From contig NC_086107.1 of NCBI RefSeq assembly GCF_963921235.1, forward strand, positions 101,992,001 through 102,056,000: DNA of 64,000 bases, in the 5' to 3' direction. Positions 1 to 14,744 of the stretch are shown one piece after another (the stretch's first letter is position 1; every line of letters starts with the position of its first letter). The translations under genes and the position numbers were made by a program. The notes beneath the pieces were generated by a model. That model was given only the letters and a program-made list of their open reading frames with translations, made no database searches and was not told where the DNA came from. This DNA is from Mobula hypostoma. Taxonomy: Eukaryota.

Positions 1-522
1 AACAGTGCAAAGCAATATCATAACTTGATAAAGAGCAGACCATGGGCACAGTAAAAAAAAAAGTCTGAAAGTCCCGATAGCCTCATCATCTCACGCAGGT
101 GGCAGAAGAGAGAAACTCTCCCCGCCATGAACCCCCAAGTGCCACCGACCTGCCAGTGCAGCACCATTGGAAGCACCCGACCGCAGTGGACTCTGAGTCA
201 GTCCGAAAACTTTGAGCCTCCGACCAGCCCCTCCGACACAGCCTCTCCGAGCACCATCCTCTGCAGAGCACTTCGACCCCACCCCGGCCGCCGAGCAACA
301 AGCAAAGCCGAGGACTCGGGGCCTTCTCCTCCAGAGATTCTGGACCACACAGTAGCAGCAGCAGTGAAGCAGGCATTTCAGAAGTTTCACCAGATGCTCC
401 TCCATGCTCTCACGTACGTCTCCACCAAATCAGGATTGTGCGCGACACCCTACTTGACAAATAACAGACATCACCACCAGAGTGGCCGCTACAAGCTGCG
501 TCGCGCCACCATCTTCACCTCC
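1..522 (-). mobile_element. Non-autonomous retroelement family A, copy 1 (cut by the window edge)
   Basis: Strong similarity to 36897-37549 and 60103-60749. Confidence 0.8.
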
Positions 523-529
523 CTACATT

Positions 530-870
530 CATTTAATTAATTATGCATTAATGAATACAATCTATAAATTTTCTAAGTAATAGACATACCATAACCTTTA
601 TTTTGAAACATTTTAGAACTTAAACATATTTACATTGTCAGTGATTCAACTTACAACACAGTTACGAATTGTAACAATAAACGCAGAATGGAAGTCAGTA
701 GCTCATTTTTAATAAACCGCTGACCCGTTGAATGCCGAGATTGTAATATGCATATTATAAAAAAAAAGACATTTAAAGTGCTGTGCAGTTTTCAAGCCAT
801 GTTTAAAAAAAAATCCTGCTCAAAGCAGTGATTGCTCTGCATACCTGTAAACAATATTACAGAGGATGTT
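530..870 (+). mobile_element. Family B element copy
   Basis: Matches 52370-52770. Confidence 0.6.
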
Positions 871-1459
871 GTTGGTGATATTCACAACTTGAAGCTCTTG
901 GCCCTCTCAGACTCAAGACCATTGATATAAACCGCCCTCGTCTTGAAATCAATGGTCAGCTCTTTTTGTTGATATTGAAGGAAAGATTGTTGTCATGACA
1001 TCATATTACTAATCTCTCTATCTTCTTCCTGTGTCTGACTCATCATTACTTGAGATGCTATGATAGTATCATCTACAAGCTTGTAGATGGAGCTAGAGCA
1101 GAATCTGGCCACACAGTAATGAGTATACATGAAGTAGAGTAGAGGGATGAGGACACAATCTTGGAGCAGCAGTGTTTTGAAAATGGAGGATGCGCTGCTG
1201 CCTATCCTTAATGATTGAAGTTGAGGATCCAGTTGCAGAGGGACCCTTGACATTCTGATGAACAGACCACATTCAGTAATAATAGGCATCCTTGATATTC
1301 AACATATTCCTGATCCCTGGATTCAATAGCCCCTGTAGCTGCCAATCCTGTTCCTAACCATATGTTCAGACCCCATTCTGAGGGAGATTGGCTGTCATGA
1401 CTATGTTGAATGAGTGCTGACAATAACTCCCAGCCAATTTTATTGATGTTTTCTTCCAG

Positions 1460-1559
1460 AAGCTTCCAAGGTTCACGTGCCTAGTAAGAGGCTCTTGGTC
1501 TCTCGAAGTCTCAAGTACCTTTTCCAAAATACAAGCAAATTTGTCAAGACCTTACAGAG
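1460..1559 (+). CDS. ANKFN1-like coding exon (first in window)
   Basis: ttcttccAG acceptor, GTGAGT donor; encodes EASKVHVPSKRLLVSRSLKYLFQNTSKFVKTLQR, resembling recalled ANKFN1 SRSLKHLF...KFVKTLKR; phase 1 in, phase 2 out. Confidence 0.9.
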
Positions 1560-3575
1560 GTGAGTATGGTCGCTACTTACCTCTGGAGCCAGGTTGATGC
1601 AAGATGAATGTTCAGAATTAGGAAATGAAGCTCAGAACTGCATGGGTCAGAAAGCTGGAGCGAGGGCTGAGGGAGGTACTTAACAGCTTGAGGGCTCAGG
1701 CAAACAGATACAGGGAGAAGGGACACTGAATCACCATCTGCAGTCAACTCTTAAAGAAATACAAAGCATCTGTTTCAGTTGATTCCCTGGGGTCTGCCAT
1801 CAGTAAGAACTGCATTGAGGTTGACATAAGCTAATTTTCCTGAAAAATTCTCTCAATTAAAAAATTAAATGAAGGATGTTCCTCCTGTTGCTGTGAAACG
1901 AATTTAAAAAAAGAACCCAGGGGATGCAATTTTAACTCAAACTGTCAGGGTATAATCCTGGGTTTATACTTCTCAATGCAGAGGAACATGGAGTAGGACA
2001 TAAAACCAGTGTTCCTCTAAATTCCATGTGATAGCTGCCTGGTGTTTCAAGTTAATGTGACCTATGTGAGTTCAACCAGTGAATGTATTTAAGGCCTGAA
2101 TTTACTCAAGGGGTTTCAGGTCACTGACCAAAGTAAGGATTAGACCAAGAAAGATTGGAACAGCAGAGGTCCAGAGGCAACCTCTGCTGTGCTGTAGTTT
2201 CTTCTGTTTGAAAGACATGCTGTCTCTGAAACACCTTCTATTACTACAGCATTGCATTAATTGGATGATGTTATTTACCTTTAACAATTGCATGTTGTGT
2301 TCAGCTTGTTACCCATGGCAAGTCAGGTGCCTGCAGTAGAGAGCTTATTATTTCTGCTGAAACCAGAACAACTGTAAAATTGTTCTTTTTTTTGTAACAG
2401 AGCACTGATCCCCCACACATGGTAAATTCCAGGTACCCCTGAAATTGTAGCTGAAACATCCAAGCCTGGTATCTGAGTTAATGTTGGATCATTTCATGGG
2501 GTGAAGGTAGATACACTGGACCTCGCGGTGTGATCAGTCAATGTGTTGGAATAAATTCGTCCAGGCAAGCTAGAAGCAGACCCACATTTCAATTGGTCCA
2601 TAAGTGTGGACACCTTTACTGGGCTCCCTGATGACTCATGACTCACTACTGAAGAGCCAATCTCATTCACACCAGCCCTGAACTGGAGTCCAGGATTTGG
2701 TGGGAGGTGGTTGGTGTGTGGAATTTACAAGCCAGAATTATTTGAGAGGAACAAAGGTTATCTCTGTTGTGGGATGGCAGAGGTCAAATCTAAAGAGTTG
2801 ATTGTGAGAGAAAGATTAGGTAGAAAATTGAGATATGGGCTAGAGAGGAATGGGGTGAGGAGGGAAATGAACAAAAAGGAATGAGCAGTCTGGACAATGA
2901 TTCAGAGGAAGGAGTGAACTAACACAGGAAGGTGTAAGTGGCTGATGTGGTTAGCAAGCAATAGGGGTCAGGTACTTTTGAGAGGATGCAGTGGTCAACA
3001 AGGAGAAAGATGACAATTATATGAAAGTGGAGATTTGGGGGAAGGGGTGTTTGGATTGGGAATATTGGGTAGGGTGACTGATCGACAAATGGATTGATCG
3101 AGGAAGTCACTGTGGGAGTGACTTGTGCATAGTCAATGGGTGGACCATCTGATAAGTAAAGAGGTGGCAATCAAGAAGTAGGTAAAAGTAGACACCAAGA
3201 TTCAGGTTCCAAGCTCCGCATCAGGAACAGGCCAAATTGCCTGATTGGAAGTCTTAATTTTGAACCTTTCTCCATAGATGCTGCCTGACGTGATGAGTAA
3301 TTCCCTGTTTTTATTCCGTAATTCCAGTAAAGATAGTATATATTTGGTCTTCATAGCTCCTACTCCAATCCCAAAGCCACAAGCATCTGCCTTGTTGGTC
3401 CTTGGGCCCAATTTCACGACCTGTGAAACTGACATGGAATCAGTGAACGAGGTCAGCTAGAGGACAGGCTTATTCTCAGATCCAGTGTCAAGTACTGGAT
3501 GGTTCTCCTTTTTGATTGCCCAGTTGTGTATCTGATCTGACTGAGAAACAGTTTTAACTCATTTTTATTTTTCAG

Positions 3576-3708
3576 GGGGGTGTACTTAGCTGCCATTTTC
3601 TTCTACAAAGAGAATGTTCTGGTGACAAGCGAAGACCAGCTTCCGATTGTTGAGATTGACAGCTGCTGCTCAGGCTCCGACATGCAAGAATTCCTCTGGT
3701 TCTCCAAG
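3576..3708 (+). CDS. ANKFN1-like coding exon
   Basis: ttttcAG/GTACAA; GVYLAAIFFYKENVLVTSEDQLPIVEIDSCCSGSDMQEFLWFSK; 133 nt fits phase 2 to 0. Confidence 0.93.
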
Positions 3709-6700
3709 GTACAACAGTGCTTTCTCACTTCTCAGGAACATCAGGTGGGACGATTTCTCTGTGGCATAGGGGCCTTTCACCACTCACACACTAAATGCAT
3801 TTATTAAATCTTTTATTAGACAGAGTACCGCATCAGCTTAGCATCTACTCTTTATTTTCAACTACAAAATAATCCATCAACTTATTATGGATAATAATAT
3901 AAAATTATAATAATAATTATTATTATTATTATTAATAATGATAATAAAGTACATAATTTAAGTGAATTAGTAAATAACTAGATGGTAATTTAATTATTAA
4001 TTAGAAATTATATTAAATCTGTGCACTGATTTATAACGTAGACATCAATGATTCTGCCAGTTTTAGAAATAAATTAGTGCTCACAATAAATAAACATTGT
4101 TTAAAGAATAAGTGGTTTATCAAGATTTAAGAGCATGAGAGGATGTGGAGACTGTATGGAACTCTGTGCTATATGAAATGACTCTCCCTGGAGTTAGTTA
4201 CTTCAGGAAGTGTTTGAAGGAGACAACCTGACATATACAAGGAGTTAAGAACCTCAGGATAGTTCAGTGACATATGTAAAGAGATACAGCAATGGAAACA
4301 TCAACCTCCTATCCAGGATTCAGGACATCTCACTTTCAAAGAACAATACTCAAAAGAGACGGCATCCATCATTATGGACCCCCATCACCCAGGTCATGAC
4401 TTGTTTTCATTGCCACCATCAGGAAGGAGGTACAGAAACCTGAAAGCACACACTCAATGATTCAGGAAGAGCTTCTTCCCCTCTGCCATCTGATTTTTGA
4501 ATGGACATTGGACCCATGAACACTACCTCACTACTTTTTTATTTTTGCACCACTTATTTAATTTAACTATTTAATATTTATATACTTACTGTAATTCACA
4601 ATTTTTGTCTATCATTATTTATTGCATTGTACTGCTGCTGCAGCAAAGACAATAAATTTCACAACATATGCCACTGATATTAAACCTGATTCTGATTCTC
4701 CCAGGTCCCATCCCTCACATACACACTAGGGGCAATTAGAGTGGCTAATTAATCTCCTAACTGGTATGTCTTTGGGTTGTGGCAGGAAACATGAGCACCC
4801 AGATGAAATCCACATGGTAACAGAACATGCAAGTTCCACACAGCAAGCACAGTTGATCAGGGTTAAGCCCGAGGCACTGTGAAGCAGTTGCCCTTCCAGC
4901 TGCACCACTGAGCCACCCCAACCAAGAAAATGCTGGATGTGGGAAATTAAGTATGGTTATCAGTGAGCAGGGAATGGGAAACTGTGCAGGAGATAAGAAA
5001 AGAGGTTCCATAGATAGTGGAGTATCAGCTGGAAATAATTTTTATGTTCATGCACCGAAATCCCAGACTTACTGAAATGTTGGCAGCTCCCATAACATCA
5101 GTTCCAAAGAGGTCAACATAACCACAGCAGTGTATTTACTGGATTGGCAGATCTAGACTGTTAATCCAGCCACATGAGTTTGAATCCCTCAAAGTTTCTA
5201 GGGAATTAATCCAGAATAAGAAGTTGGTCTCAGTATTGATGACCACAAAACTTTTGGATTATCACAAAATCCAATTTTGTTTGCTTATGTCCTATTTGGA
5301 AGGAAATCTGCATTGCTTTTCCAGGTCAGAGATGTACCTGTTTCTGAATCATTTTTTTAGTTCAGGAATAACTAGGATTAGACAGTGTTGAACTACCTTC
5401 AAAGTTTGTAGGAAGCTTAAGATAAGAGAGTCATTCGTAGAAGGACTCTGAGCCCTCCCTTCAGTTTAGGAGTGATTGGGGGGCAGACAACAAATGCCAG
5501 CCTTGGCAATGATTGACATCCCATGATGAATAAAACAAGTAAAGGCATGGATAGAAGTGTCAACAGTAAATGAATGAGGCAGATGCAGCTCATGATACGG
5601 ATGGTGAGAGGAAATGCGAACTACTGGCTAATTGATATGAGTTCAGTAGATGGTTAACACTCTTCAAATTAGTTAAGTGATACTACTGGGTGTGGTGTAT
5701 TCAAATTTCCAGAAGGCCTTGGTTGTGAAGCCACACAAGATAATATAGAGCAAAATTAGATCATACAGGAATATGGGTAATATACTAGAATGGGTTGAGT
5801 ATTAGTTAACAGACAAAAATAAAGAACAGGAGCAAATCATTCAATTTTCAAGTTGAAGGTTGTGATGAATGGATTGGTGCAGGGACCTAAACTGTTTTCA
5901 ATCTCTATTAATGTTTAGGGTGGGATGAGAAGACCAATAATAATATATCCAGCAAGTCAGGCAGTATCTATGGAGGGCCAATATTTTGGGCCAAGACCCT
6001 TCATCAGGTCTCAGACTGAAACTTCACTGTTTATTCTCTTCCATAGGTGATGCCTGACCTGCAGAGTTCCTGCAGCATTTTGTATGTGTGTTGCTCAGGA
6101 TTTCCAGTATCTCTTGATATATCCAGATTGGCTGATGACATCACTACCAGGATGCCAGTTTGTGTGTGTGAGGAGTGAACAGAGCACATTCAGTGGGGGT
6201 GGGGGGGGCGCGGTTGGTGATATAGCCAGTCTAAGGGTACGGGCAAGGACCAGGCAGATGGAACACATAATGTGGAAAAATGTGAGTTCTTAGTGGAAGA
6301 AGTAAAATAAGTAAAGGATATTTAAATGGTGGGAGTTTGAAAAGTGTTGCTGTTCAGAGAGACCCTGTGTCCTTACCCAAAACATTCTGACAGATTTGTT
6401 AATTGCTTGCCAATATAGCAAGCAATTATAAAGGCAAAGAATAAATTGGCCTTTATGGAAAGGATTTGAGTACAAAGATAGAGCCTCTTCCTTCAATTAT
6501 AAAGGGGCCTGGTGAAATGGCATTTTCCTTTACTGGCTGAGGTATTGAATATAAAAGCAGGGAAGAATTGCTGGAACTGTGTAAACTGTGCAGCTAGAGT
6601 GTCTGTGTACAGTTCTGGTGACCACACTACAAATAATATGTGGTAGCACTCGAGAGGATACAAGGCAGAATTCTTGTCTGGAGGAGATACTGGTAATACT

Positions 6701-7084
6701 GTGTTGTTTTCTTTGCAACCAAGGTGATGTGTGAGTAAAATGAGAGGCTCTGGTAGGGTGAAACAGAATGGATCTTCTCTCTCAGAAGAGAGGTCAACAA
6801 CCAAGGGTAATTGGTAGAAAGATCAGAAAGAAGTCAAGCAAAATAAATTCTGCTCAGCTAATGGTGGAGGCTGAAACCTGCACCACATTTAAACAGAACC
6901 TAGATGAGCACTGGCAGAGTCATGAGCTGCAGGGCTTCTTGGCAGGGAACTGGGCCATCTATTTTACTTCAACATTGACACAATGGGCAGAAATGCTTCC
7001 TTTCTGTCCTACACGCCTCGATGATTCAATTGGTCACTAAGAATGTGTGAACTCTCTTTCCCACTTCAGAGGGCTGGAACCTGA

Positions 7085-7255
7085 GGTGAGAGACTGGGGT
7101 TATGCAAAGGCTGGGGCCAATGGTGAGAGAATGGAGTTGTACAAGGGTTGGGCCCAGTGTGAGAGAGTGGAGTTGTACAAGGTCTGGGGCTGATGGTGAG
7201 AGATTTGAGTCATGCAAGCCTGAGTGAGAGAGTGGAGTTGTGCAAGGGCTCCAGC
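7085..7255. repeat. ~36-bp tandem repeat
   Basis: Units like GTGAGAGAGTGGAGTTGTACAAGGG...GGGCC. Confidence 0.65.
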
Positions 7256-7316
7256 CTGTGGCTTGCCCTTCCCGGTGTTTAATTGATGGGATTGTGTTTT
7301 TTCGCTCTCTCTCCAG

Positions 7317-7436
7317 ATCTCATGTATGTGGAAGGACATCCAGTGGCTGCAGCAGGGAATGAATTCCACACTCTCTTCCTCCTCCTCAGTGCTGCAGACC
7401 AGGCAGAAGATGTTAGTAGCAGTGTCCCAGCTCCAG
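7317..7436 (+). CDS. ANKFN1-like coding exon
   Basis: ctctccAG/GTATGA; ISCMWKDIQWLQQGMNSTLSSSSSVLQTRQKMLVAVSQLQ (conserved VLQTRQKML); 120 nt. Confidence 0.93.
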
Positions 7437-8397
7437 GTATGAATCTCTTCCACTCAGCTGAAAGCAACATCTCCCCAGTATCATGATCTCATCAGAAGGG
7501 CAAGCTTTGGGCTTAATTTTTCTGTCCATTTGTACATCTGAAGGCAAATTTAATTCTTATGTGGTTTTCTGGGTACTCATGTAATTTACAACATAGCATA
7601 GCAAGAATGGACATTCAGAAATCCACAAGACAATCAAATATGGTTCAAACTTTGACAAATTATTATGCTTCCTTGCAAAGTAGGTAACCAGTCAGCCCAT
7701 CAAGTCTAAGCAGTTCACAGAATCATTACATTCCCCCAATTTTTCCACTTTATTCTCCCCACATTCCCACCCTACCTGTTGTCAGGGCAATTTACTGTGG
7801 CCAAAGAAACTACCAACCCATAGATCTTGGGATGTGGGAGAGAACTGGAAAGCCCAAAGGAAACCCATGTGGTCAAAGAAAGAATGTGTAAACTCCACAT
7901 GTATCATGTTTTGTGAAGAAATAGTCAATGAGATAAATGAAGGGAAATGAATAAATAAAATCCGTATATTAATAGCAACAAGTACAAGAACGGGGAAGTC
8001 ATGTTGAACCTTTATGAAACAGTGGTTCAGGCACACCTGGAGTATTGTGCGCTTTCCTGGATGCAAGGCCCTAGGGAAAGTGTAGAGGCTTTGGAAAGGG
8101 TGCAGAAGAAACTTACTGGAATGTTTCCAGGGCTGAAATGTTATTTCATTTCGCTGTAAAAATATGTATGGTTGAATGACAATGACAAGCTGAACTTGAA
8201 CCTGAACTGACAGACCTGAGTAATATGGATGCACTGGAGGAATTGTGTTGTTCTCCACAGAAAAGGAGAGTTTGCAAGGAAATCTGATAGAGTATTTAAA
8301 ATCATGAAGAGTAGATAGAGAGAAACTGTTTCCATTGGTGTAAATTCATAGAATGAGGTTACTGGCAAAAGAAATACAAACATTGTCAGCATTTAAG

Positions 8398-8608
8398 CGA
8401 TAGCTGGCTGTTGTGTTGCAGCATCCGCGCCAGACTTTGAGGTGTGCGGTGCCGGGTTCAAGTTTGGCCAGTTCTTTGTATGCTTTCCATCCATGCTGGG
8501 TTAAGCATCAAGCTAGCAACTCGACCTTGTAAAAACAGACAAAGGCTAAAGAAACGGCAAGGTTGCCGCCCAATGCACCACAAGGCACAGAGAGGATCAA
8601 CAACTACA
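8398..8608 (+). mobile_element. tRNA-derived SINE with (CAA)n-like tail
   Basis: B-box-like GGGTTCAAGT; tail TCAACAACTACA; duplication ATTTAAG at 8391-8397 and 8609-8615. Confidence 0.6.
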
Positions 8609-11600
8609 ATTTAAGTAATGAATAGTTGGGGCTTGGAATACCGTGCCAGGGGGAGAGTGGCAGTTCAGTTGGAGGAGCTGCAAAAGTACATGAAAGGAAA
8701 GAAAGCTAGAAGGAGAAGGTGCAGGGCTTAGTTGGAGCTGGTACAGATCAATGGGCCAAATAGCCTCTTCTTGAGTGTGACGTTTCTATAATTCTGTGAA
8801 GCACAAGTAAATTACAGTTTTCACCTCAGGAATGGTTAACATCTTGGATATTGGGAAGTGTTGCATTTCCTAGATAGCATGTGATATTGGTATGAGAAGG
8901 CAGGGAATGTTGGTAGTTTACCATATTTTACAGAGGGAGCAGCACCTTTGAAGTGGTGAAAGGGGAGCAGAGGGCGTATTAGCTGAGGGTGAAACTAACA
9001 ATATGGAAGCTGATGGAAAGGAAGTTCTGGTCATGGATGTTGAAGGAAAGGGCGAGGTTTCTGTGAGATGAAACAGACATAGATGAGGACCCTACCAATT
9101 GTGATGGAGAGGAATCAATAGTTTTGCTTCCAATGTGATTGCGTTTTGAGAAACAAAGTGCAGATTGGGTGCTTTGCCATCTTAATTCTCCATCCCACTC
9201 CCACTCAACTTTTCTGTCAGAGACCTCCTGCTGTGTAACAAGACCCAGCATAAGCTTGACACATAACACCACATCTTCCATCTCAGCTGTCTTTGGATCA
9301 AAATTGAATTCTCCAGCTTTAGATAATTGCCTTTTTCTTTCTGTCTGCATCAGAACTGGACATTTTTGCCAGTTATCTTACTGTGATTTGGCTCAGTTTT
9401 CCTTTCTCTAATAATATAGTCTGGCCTGTCTGCCAAATCCCACAGCCCCACAACTAACAGGACATAACACATGAAAGAAATATTATCTGCCTTGAAATGC
9501 ACATTAACCCAGTTGGTCTCATCCTATTAGAGATATCTCCTTTGTCCTACCTACTACTCTCCCACTTCTCTACAATTGAAAACTGAACTATTTTCTCTCT
9601 CTCCCAGTTCTGACAAAGGGTCCCAGTCCTGAAATATTAATTCTTGAGTTTCTCTCCACAGATGCTGCCAGAGCTGTTGAGTGTACCCTGTATTTTCTAT
9701 TTTTATTTAAGATTTCCAACATGCACAATATTTACCTATCTATATATCTTTGATGTATTTGGAGCTGCAACAAGTAACAGGCCCTTCCCGCCCAACGAGC
9801 TCATGCCACCCACTTACACCCATGTGACAGTTAACCTACTAACCCATGTCTTTGGAATTGAGAGGAAACCAATGCACCCAAGAAAACCCCCATGGTCAAG
9901 GGGGGAACTTACAAACTCCTCACGGATGGTGGAGGAATTGAAACTGGGTTGCTGATTCTGTAATAATGTTATGCTACCAGGACACCACAAATTAACATGA
10001 ATTAATTTCACGTCATTAAACTTGGACTGTTGTAATGAAATCTGTCTAGAGGAATGAACAGCCTCCTTTGGTAAATATCAATAATTCTGCTTTTAAGTAA
10101 ATGTACAGTTTGCTTTTATCTACTTTATGAATTTCCTTGTGATTCCCATGACACTGTAGCACCACCCCATGTCATGCAGTAGAACTGCAGTCCTCATTCT
10201 GAACAATTGAATTGTGAAATTAAACAGATAGTACTGGAAATGCTGAGCAGGTCAGACAGCCTCTGTGGAGAAAGAGTTAACTTTTCAGGTCACTGTCCTT
10301 CATTCAGAACTAGCAACAGTTAGAGGTAAGCTGAGTTATAAGTTGCAAAGAAAGGAGAGGAATAAAGAAGAGAACAAAGGAAGGTCTTGTTAAGTCAAAA
10401 GAGAGGAGAGGTGGTGATACAGAGGAGAAGGGGGAAGAAAAAGTTAAAAGGGAGCCTTGGAGAAGTTGGTAAAATAATCAGAATAATTATCTGATTTTAA
10501 CAGATAAGAAAAGTGATAAATGCCTGAAGTGTGAAAATACCTGAATGCTGAAACATGTTGAGTTGGGAAAGCTGGGAGATGCATTGTCACAAGGTGCAGT
10601 GACTTCCCTTTAGTTTATATTGAACATCTGTCAAAATGTGCAGGAAGCTTATGACAGAGAGGTCATATCAGGTCTGAGGTGGAGAATTAAAGTCACAGAC
10701 AACAGAAAGCTTGGGATCACATTTCCAGGCTGAATAGAAATGTTGAATGAAGCTGAAATACTGGTTTCCACAGTGATGGGAGTGCTGTACATTAAATTGG
10801 AAGAGTTTTTTAGACACTGCATGATGGAAGAAGAAGAGGTAACAGAACAGGTGTGTGATTGTAAGGAAGATTGCTGTAGAATTTCTCATATTTTCTTATG
10901 GATTATAAGAAGCTTGTTTTATCTATCAGGTCAATGCCAGCTCTCAGTGTATTCCTATCATCTCATCTCCTCACTTATTTCCCTGAAACCTATTCTCTCT
11001 AACCTCCCCCCTCCACCCCACGCCCCCCTTCCCTTCCAGGTTCTCCTGCCATCCATTATATTTGGAGTAATTTACAATGGTCAATTAACCTGTCTACCAG
11101 AACATCTTTGGGATATTGGAGGAAAGTAGGATACCCAGGAAGTTCATGCAATCACAGGAAAAATGTCTAAATTCCACAAAGTGTCAGAGGTCAGGATCAA
11201 ACCAAGTTGCTGGAGCTATGAGGCAGCAGTTCTAAGTCTCGTAATGCTTTGCCACGCTGAGGAGAAAGAAGAGTGAACCAGAATGCAGAAGAGAATATAG
11301 CCCCTTCAGAATGTTGAAAAGGGGTGAAAGGGAAAGATGCGTCAATGTTAGTATTGTGTTAGTTACCAGAAGTTAAGTAACTACATTTTGAGACTTCGGG
11401 ATAGATTGAGATTTATCATCCTGTGTCTATAACCCTTAGGACAAATTCCCATTATCCTAGCCCAAGACTAACTCCAGTCGTATATTCCACAGACTTACAA
11501 CATGTATAAAAACATTTCCCTTCCTCTACATCACTTTGGTCTCATATCAGTGTCCCCGTCTTCAGTCCAGTACTTACTCAGTTAGTATTCTTATGACCTT

Positions 11601-12048
11601 ATACATTTGAGCTTGTACTTTTAATGTTGGGTATGGCCAAAACCCTTGTTTTTCTGTATACGGGGCATATTCCTCACCATTCATTAACCAAGCGTTACTC
11701 ATTGTTTATTCTGCCATTTTATCACTAGCTCCTTGTAAGCTCTTTCATCTCCAAGAAGGTTTACTCCAACTATTAGGATGCATGCCTGATGGTTTACAGT
11801 TTGTTGGTTGATTCTACAGTCCATAACATTGCCAGCATTAGATATATCAGCAGGGTGTGGTTTTGACAGATGGGCATGGGTCTGACAGTTAGTTCAAAAG
11901 TGAAGCACCACTCAAGCCCTGGATTCAGACTCCCATTCACCTGCCCTCCTGCTAATGAAGGTCATCCACTCAAAATTAAAATGTTAGACACAAAAGTTGC
12001 CCAGTTATAAATGGAGATGAGCTAAAGTTGTGCCATTCTGTTCTTCAG

Positions 12049-12264
12049 AGTTCACTGGGGACACAAGACCTGGGCCAGGTGCACTTTGAGCCAATCAAGG
12101 ATAAGCTCGGAAATGTTTTAATCCTAACTGTCAAGGAGATGCTTCCATCGCAGGCGTTGGATGGTGTCCGATGGATCCCACTGTCAAAACTTCACAACTA
12201 TCGGAAATCAGTCTCTGCCCTTGACTGCATCACTGCACTGGACATGTTGCTTATGTCCATGAAG
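12049..12264 (+). CDS. ANKFN1-like coding exon
   Basis: ttcttcAG/GTACTT; SSLGTQDLGQVHFEPIKDKLGNVLILTVKE...TALDMLLMSMK; 216 nt. Confidence 0.93.
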
Positions 12265-12620
12265 GTACTTGGAAAGGTTCAGTATAGGAAGAGTCTCACA
12301 GGCGTAACAAATTTGGACTACTGCCTCATGTTATTCTATAACTCCCATTTACTATATCTCTCTTCCCCACTTACAATGAGGTTCATTAGTCTCCCACTGT
12401 ATCATTTGTAGTCTCCTCACTAAATCCTTTATTACCCCTCAGTATGTTCTTCGATTCCTTCTCAATTAATCTCATTGCAAATTCATCATATTCCTCATTG
12501 TCTGCTCACTACACCCTCCATTATCCCCACTTACCCTCTTCATTATCCCTCGCTACATCCTTCATTATCTTTCACTATACCCTTCATTGTTCCCACAATG
12601 ACTGCTCACTTTTGGGAATA

Positions 12621-13260
12621 CAATGGATCCCGGTTAATTGGGCCATTAGTTAATCAAGGCAGCTGCTTATTTGGGACACTATGCCACTTAATTGGAAAAG
12701 AAGACTATTGCCAAACAGTTTCTAACTAGCATCAGTCGCATACACTTAGGTGGCCATTAAAAAGCGGTGATTTTTCTCACTGATAGTTGGTGAGAAATAG
12801 CAGTAAAACAATTCAGAACAGTTTTGCTCAATACAGTTTTAAGCATTCAGGCTTGGGAGATGCCAGAAACAGCCAGGAGTGAAAATGAAACGATATCACT
12901 ACATAAGCAGTTAAGAACTACGAAGAATTTGAAGGTATCACCAATCATCTTGAATGTTAAAATAAAAATGAAGGTTTTGTTCATTACAGTCAATCAAAAG
13001 AACATGACAGTGTACACTGGATGAATTCTTCAATAACTATTAGGAACTAATACAGAGTTTTATAGTAGTGTAGTCGTATTGGTAATGTTTTAATTTGTTC
13101 TGTATTTCATTTAAGTACATAATGTGCTACTCAGTTAAACAGCAGTTTATTTTTTTATACCTGTTTAACTATTTTCATGAAACTTCGGTTAATTGAGGTA
13201 GCTGCTTAATTGGGCTAAAATGTACTGGTCTTGGCATGTCTAATTAACTGGAATCCACTT
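12621..13260. mobile_element. Tigger/pogo-like MITE
   Basis: TIRs CAATGGATCCCGGTTAATT / AATTAACTGGAATCCACTT flanked by TA on both sides. Confidence 0.75.
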
Positions 13261-13876
13261 TATGTGGGATTCAGACTCACCATTTCCTAAGAACTGGTTG
13301 AGTATAAACTCTACACTATTGAAATAGGATACAATCCTTTTCTGCCAGGGAATGTGTGGGATCCGATTGCTCATTCCCATGGAATGATTGGGCTAATGGC
13401 CCCTCATTCACAGGGAATGGAAGAAAAATGCACTTTTGTTCAGAACTAATTTAACCAGATCAATCAAACAGAAAATGACCCACTTGAGTGGCAATCCAAG
13501 TTTTTTGTCACAGATGCTATCACATTTCTAGGAGGAATCCCCATCTTCCCCATCAGATTAAAATAGACGATTAAAATTAAATTGCCCCAAGGAAGGCTCT
13601 AGAGCCTATCATGTCTGCACTGACCACCAACCAGCCACATTCCCATCAACTCCCCCCAGCTTCTGTCTCTCACCCACACACTAGAGACAATTGACATTGG
13701 TCAATTAATCCACCAGTCCGCATACCTTTCAGACATAAGAGGACACCCAAGTCAGTTACAAACACAGGTCGCTGAGCTGTGAGGCAACAGCTTTAATATA
13801 GCTTGGTCACTCCAACAGCCATATATGTATAGTATGTTAAAAACCTTGAAATTGACTGTTCATGTTTCTTCTCCAG

Positions 13877-14043
13877 GACAAGCTGGAGTATCACCAGCGG
13901 AGCAGTCAGGCCTTGCCTCCAGGCCTCTATCTCGGGTATCTCAAACTTTGCAGCTCTGTGGATCAGATTAAAGTCCTCGTTCCCAACAGGTTCCCCAACA
14001 TTCTCTGTCACGCTAAAATACGGAACAACAAAAACATATCCAG
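13877..14043 (+). CDS. ANKFN1-like coding exon with the highly conserved PGLYLGYLKLCSSVDQIKVLV motif
   Basis: ctccAG/GTAATG; DKLEYHQRSSQALPPGLYLGYLKLCSSVDQIKVLVPNRFPNILCHAKIRNNKNIS(R); GLYLGYLK is the ANKFN1/wake signature motif. Confidence 0.96.
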
Positions 14044-14744
14044 GTAATGGGAATGTTTGGTATTTTCCTCATTATGTCTTTGGCTGTGTATTTTTCAGTT
14101 CTCTCCCATCTTCCTTTGATCCACTCTATTGGTCCCATATGTTGTCTTTGCTCTTTCCTGACGGTTATTTTTAAGGATGTGGGAATTGCTGGCAAGGCCA
14201 ATGTTTATTACCCACCCCTTGAGGAGATGGTTATGAGCCCCTTTCCTGAACCACTAAGATCCTCTCCCTCTCCTCCTCCCTCTCACCTCCCTCTTCCCCT
14301 CCCCTCCCGACCTTTTCTCTCTCCCTCTCCCTCTCTCCCTCTCTCCCCCTCCCCCTCCCTCCCTCCCCTTCCTACTCTGTTCCACATAGCTCTAACCTTA
14401 TGATTAATATGTCACATTTCTGGTTTTCCTGCCTTCAGATAAGGTGCCTGTTGTGTTCTGAAGGTCCCACAACAGATATCTGAAAGTCATGTCTGCGCTG
14501 CTGTGATGGTGGCATGTAGAGCAACCAGGGGCTAGTAACTTGATGCAAATACTCCAGCCTTTCTCAGGGTAGGAAATGTGTCACATAACATGGGACTTCA
14601 ATCCTGGTCATGAAGACAAGTCATCCATGAGCACTGACATTTCTCACTCTGTGAACAGCAGATTGTACAGATGGTACATAGGGATAAACAGTCATGCCAG
14701 CACAGGATCAAGTGAGAAATCTCACAATGTATCTCTGATTGCAG

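Noticed and set aside
2308..2322. Second X-box-like motif GTTACCCATGGCAAG in an ANKFN1-like intron
   Set aside because: Imperfect half-site; could easily occur by chance
7283..7486. ORF-track frame over an ANKFN1-like exon (DLMYVEGHP...)
   Set aside because: Wrong frame; splice phase and homology support ISCMWKDIQW...
14047..14403. 118-aa hydrophobic and Pro/Ser-rich ORF
   Set aside because: Intronic; starts just after a splice donor and the tail is a CT-rich low-complexity tract
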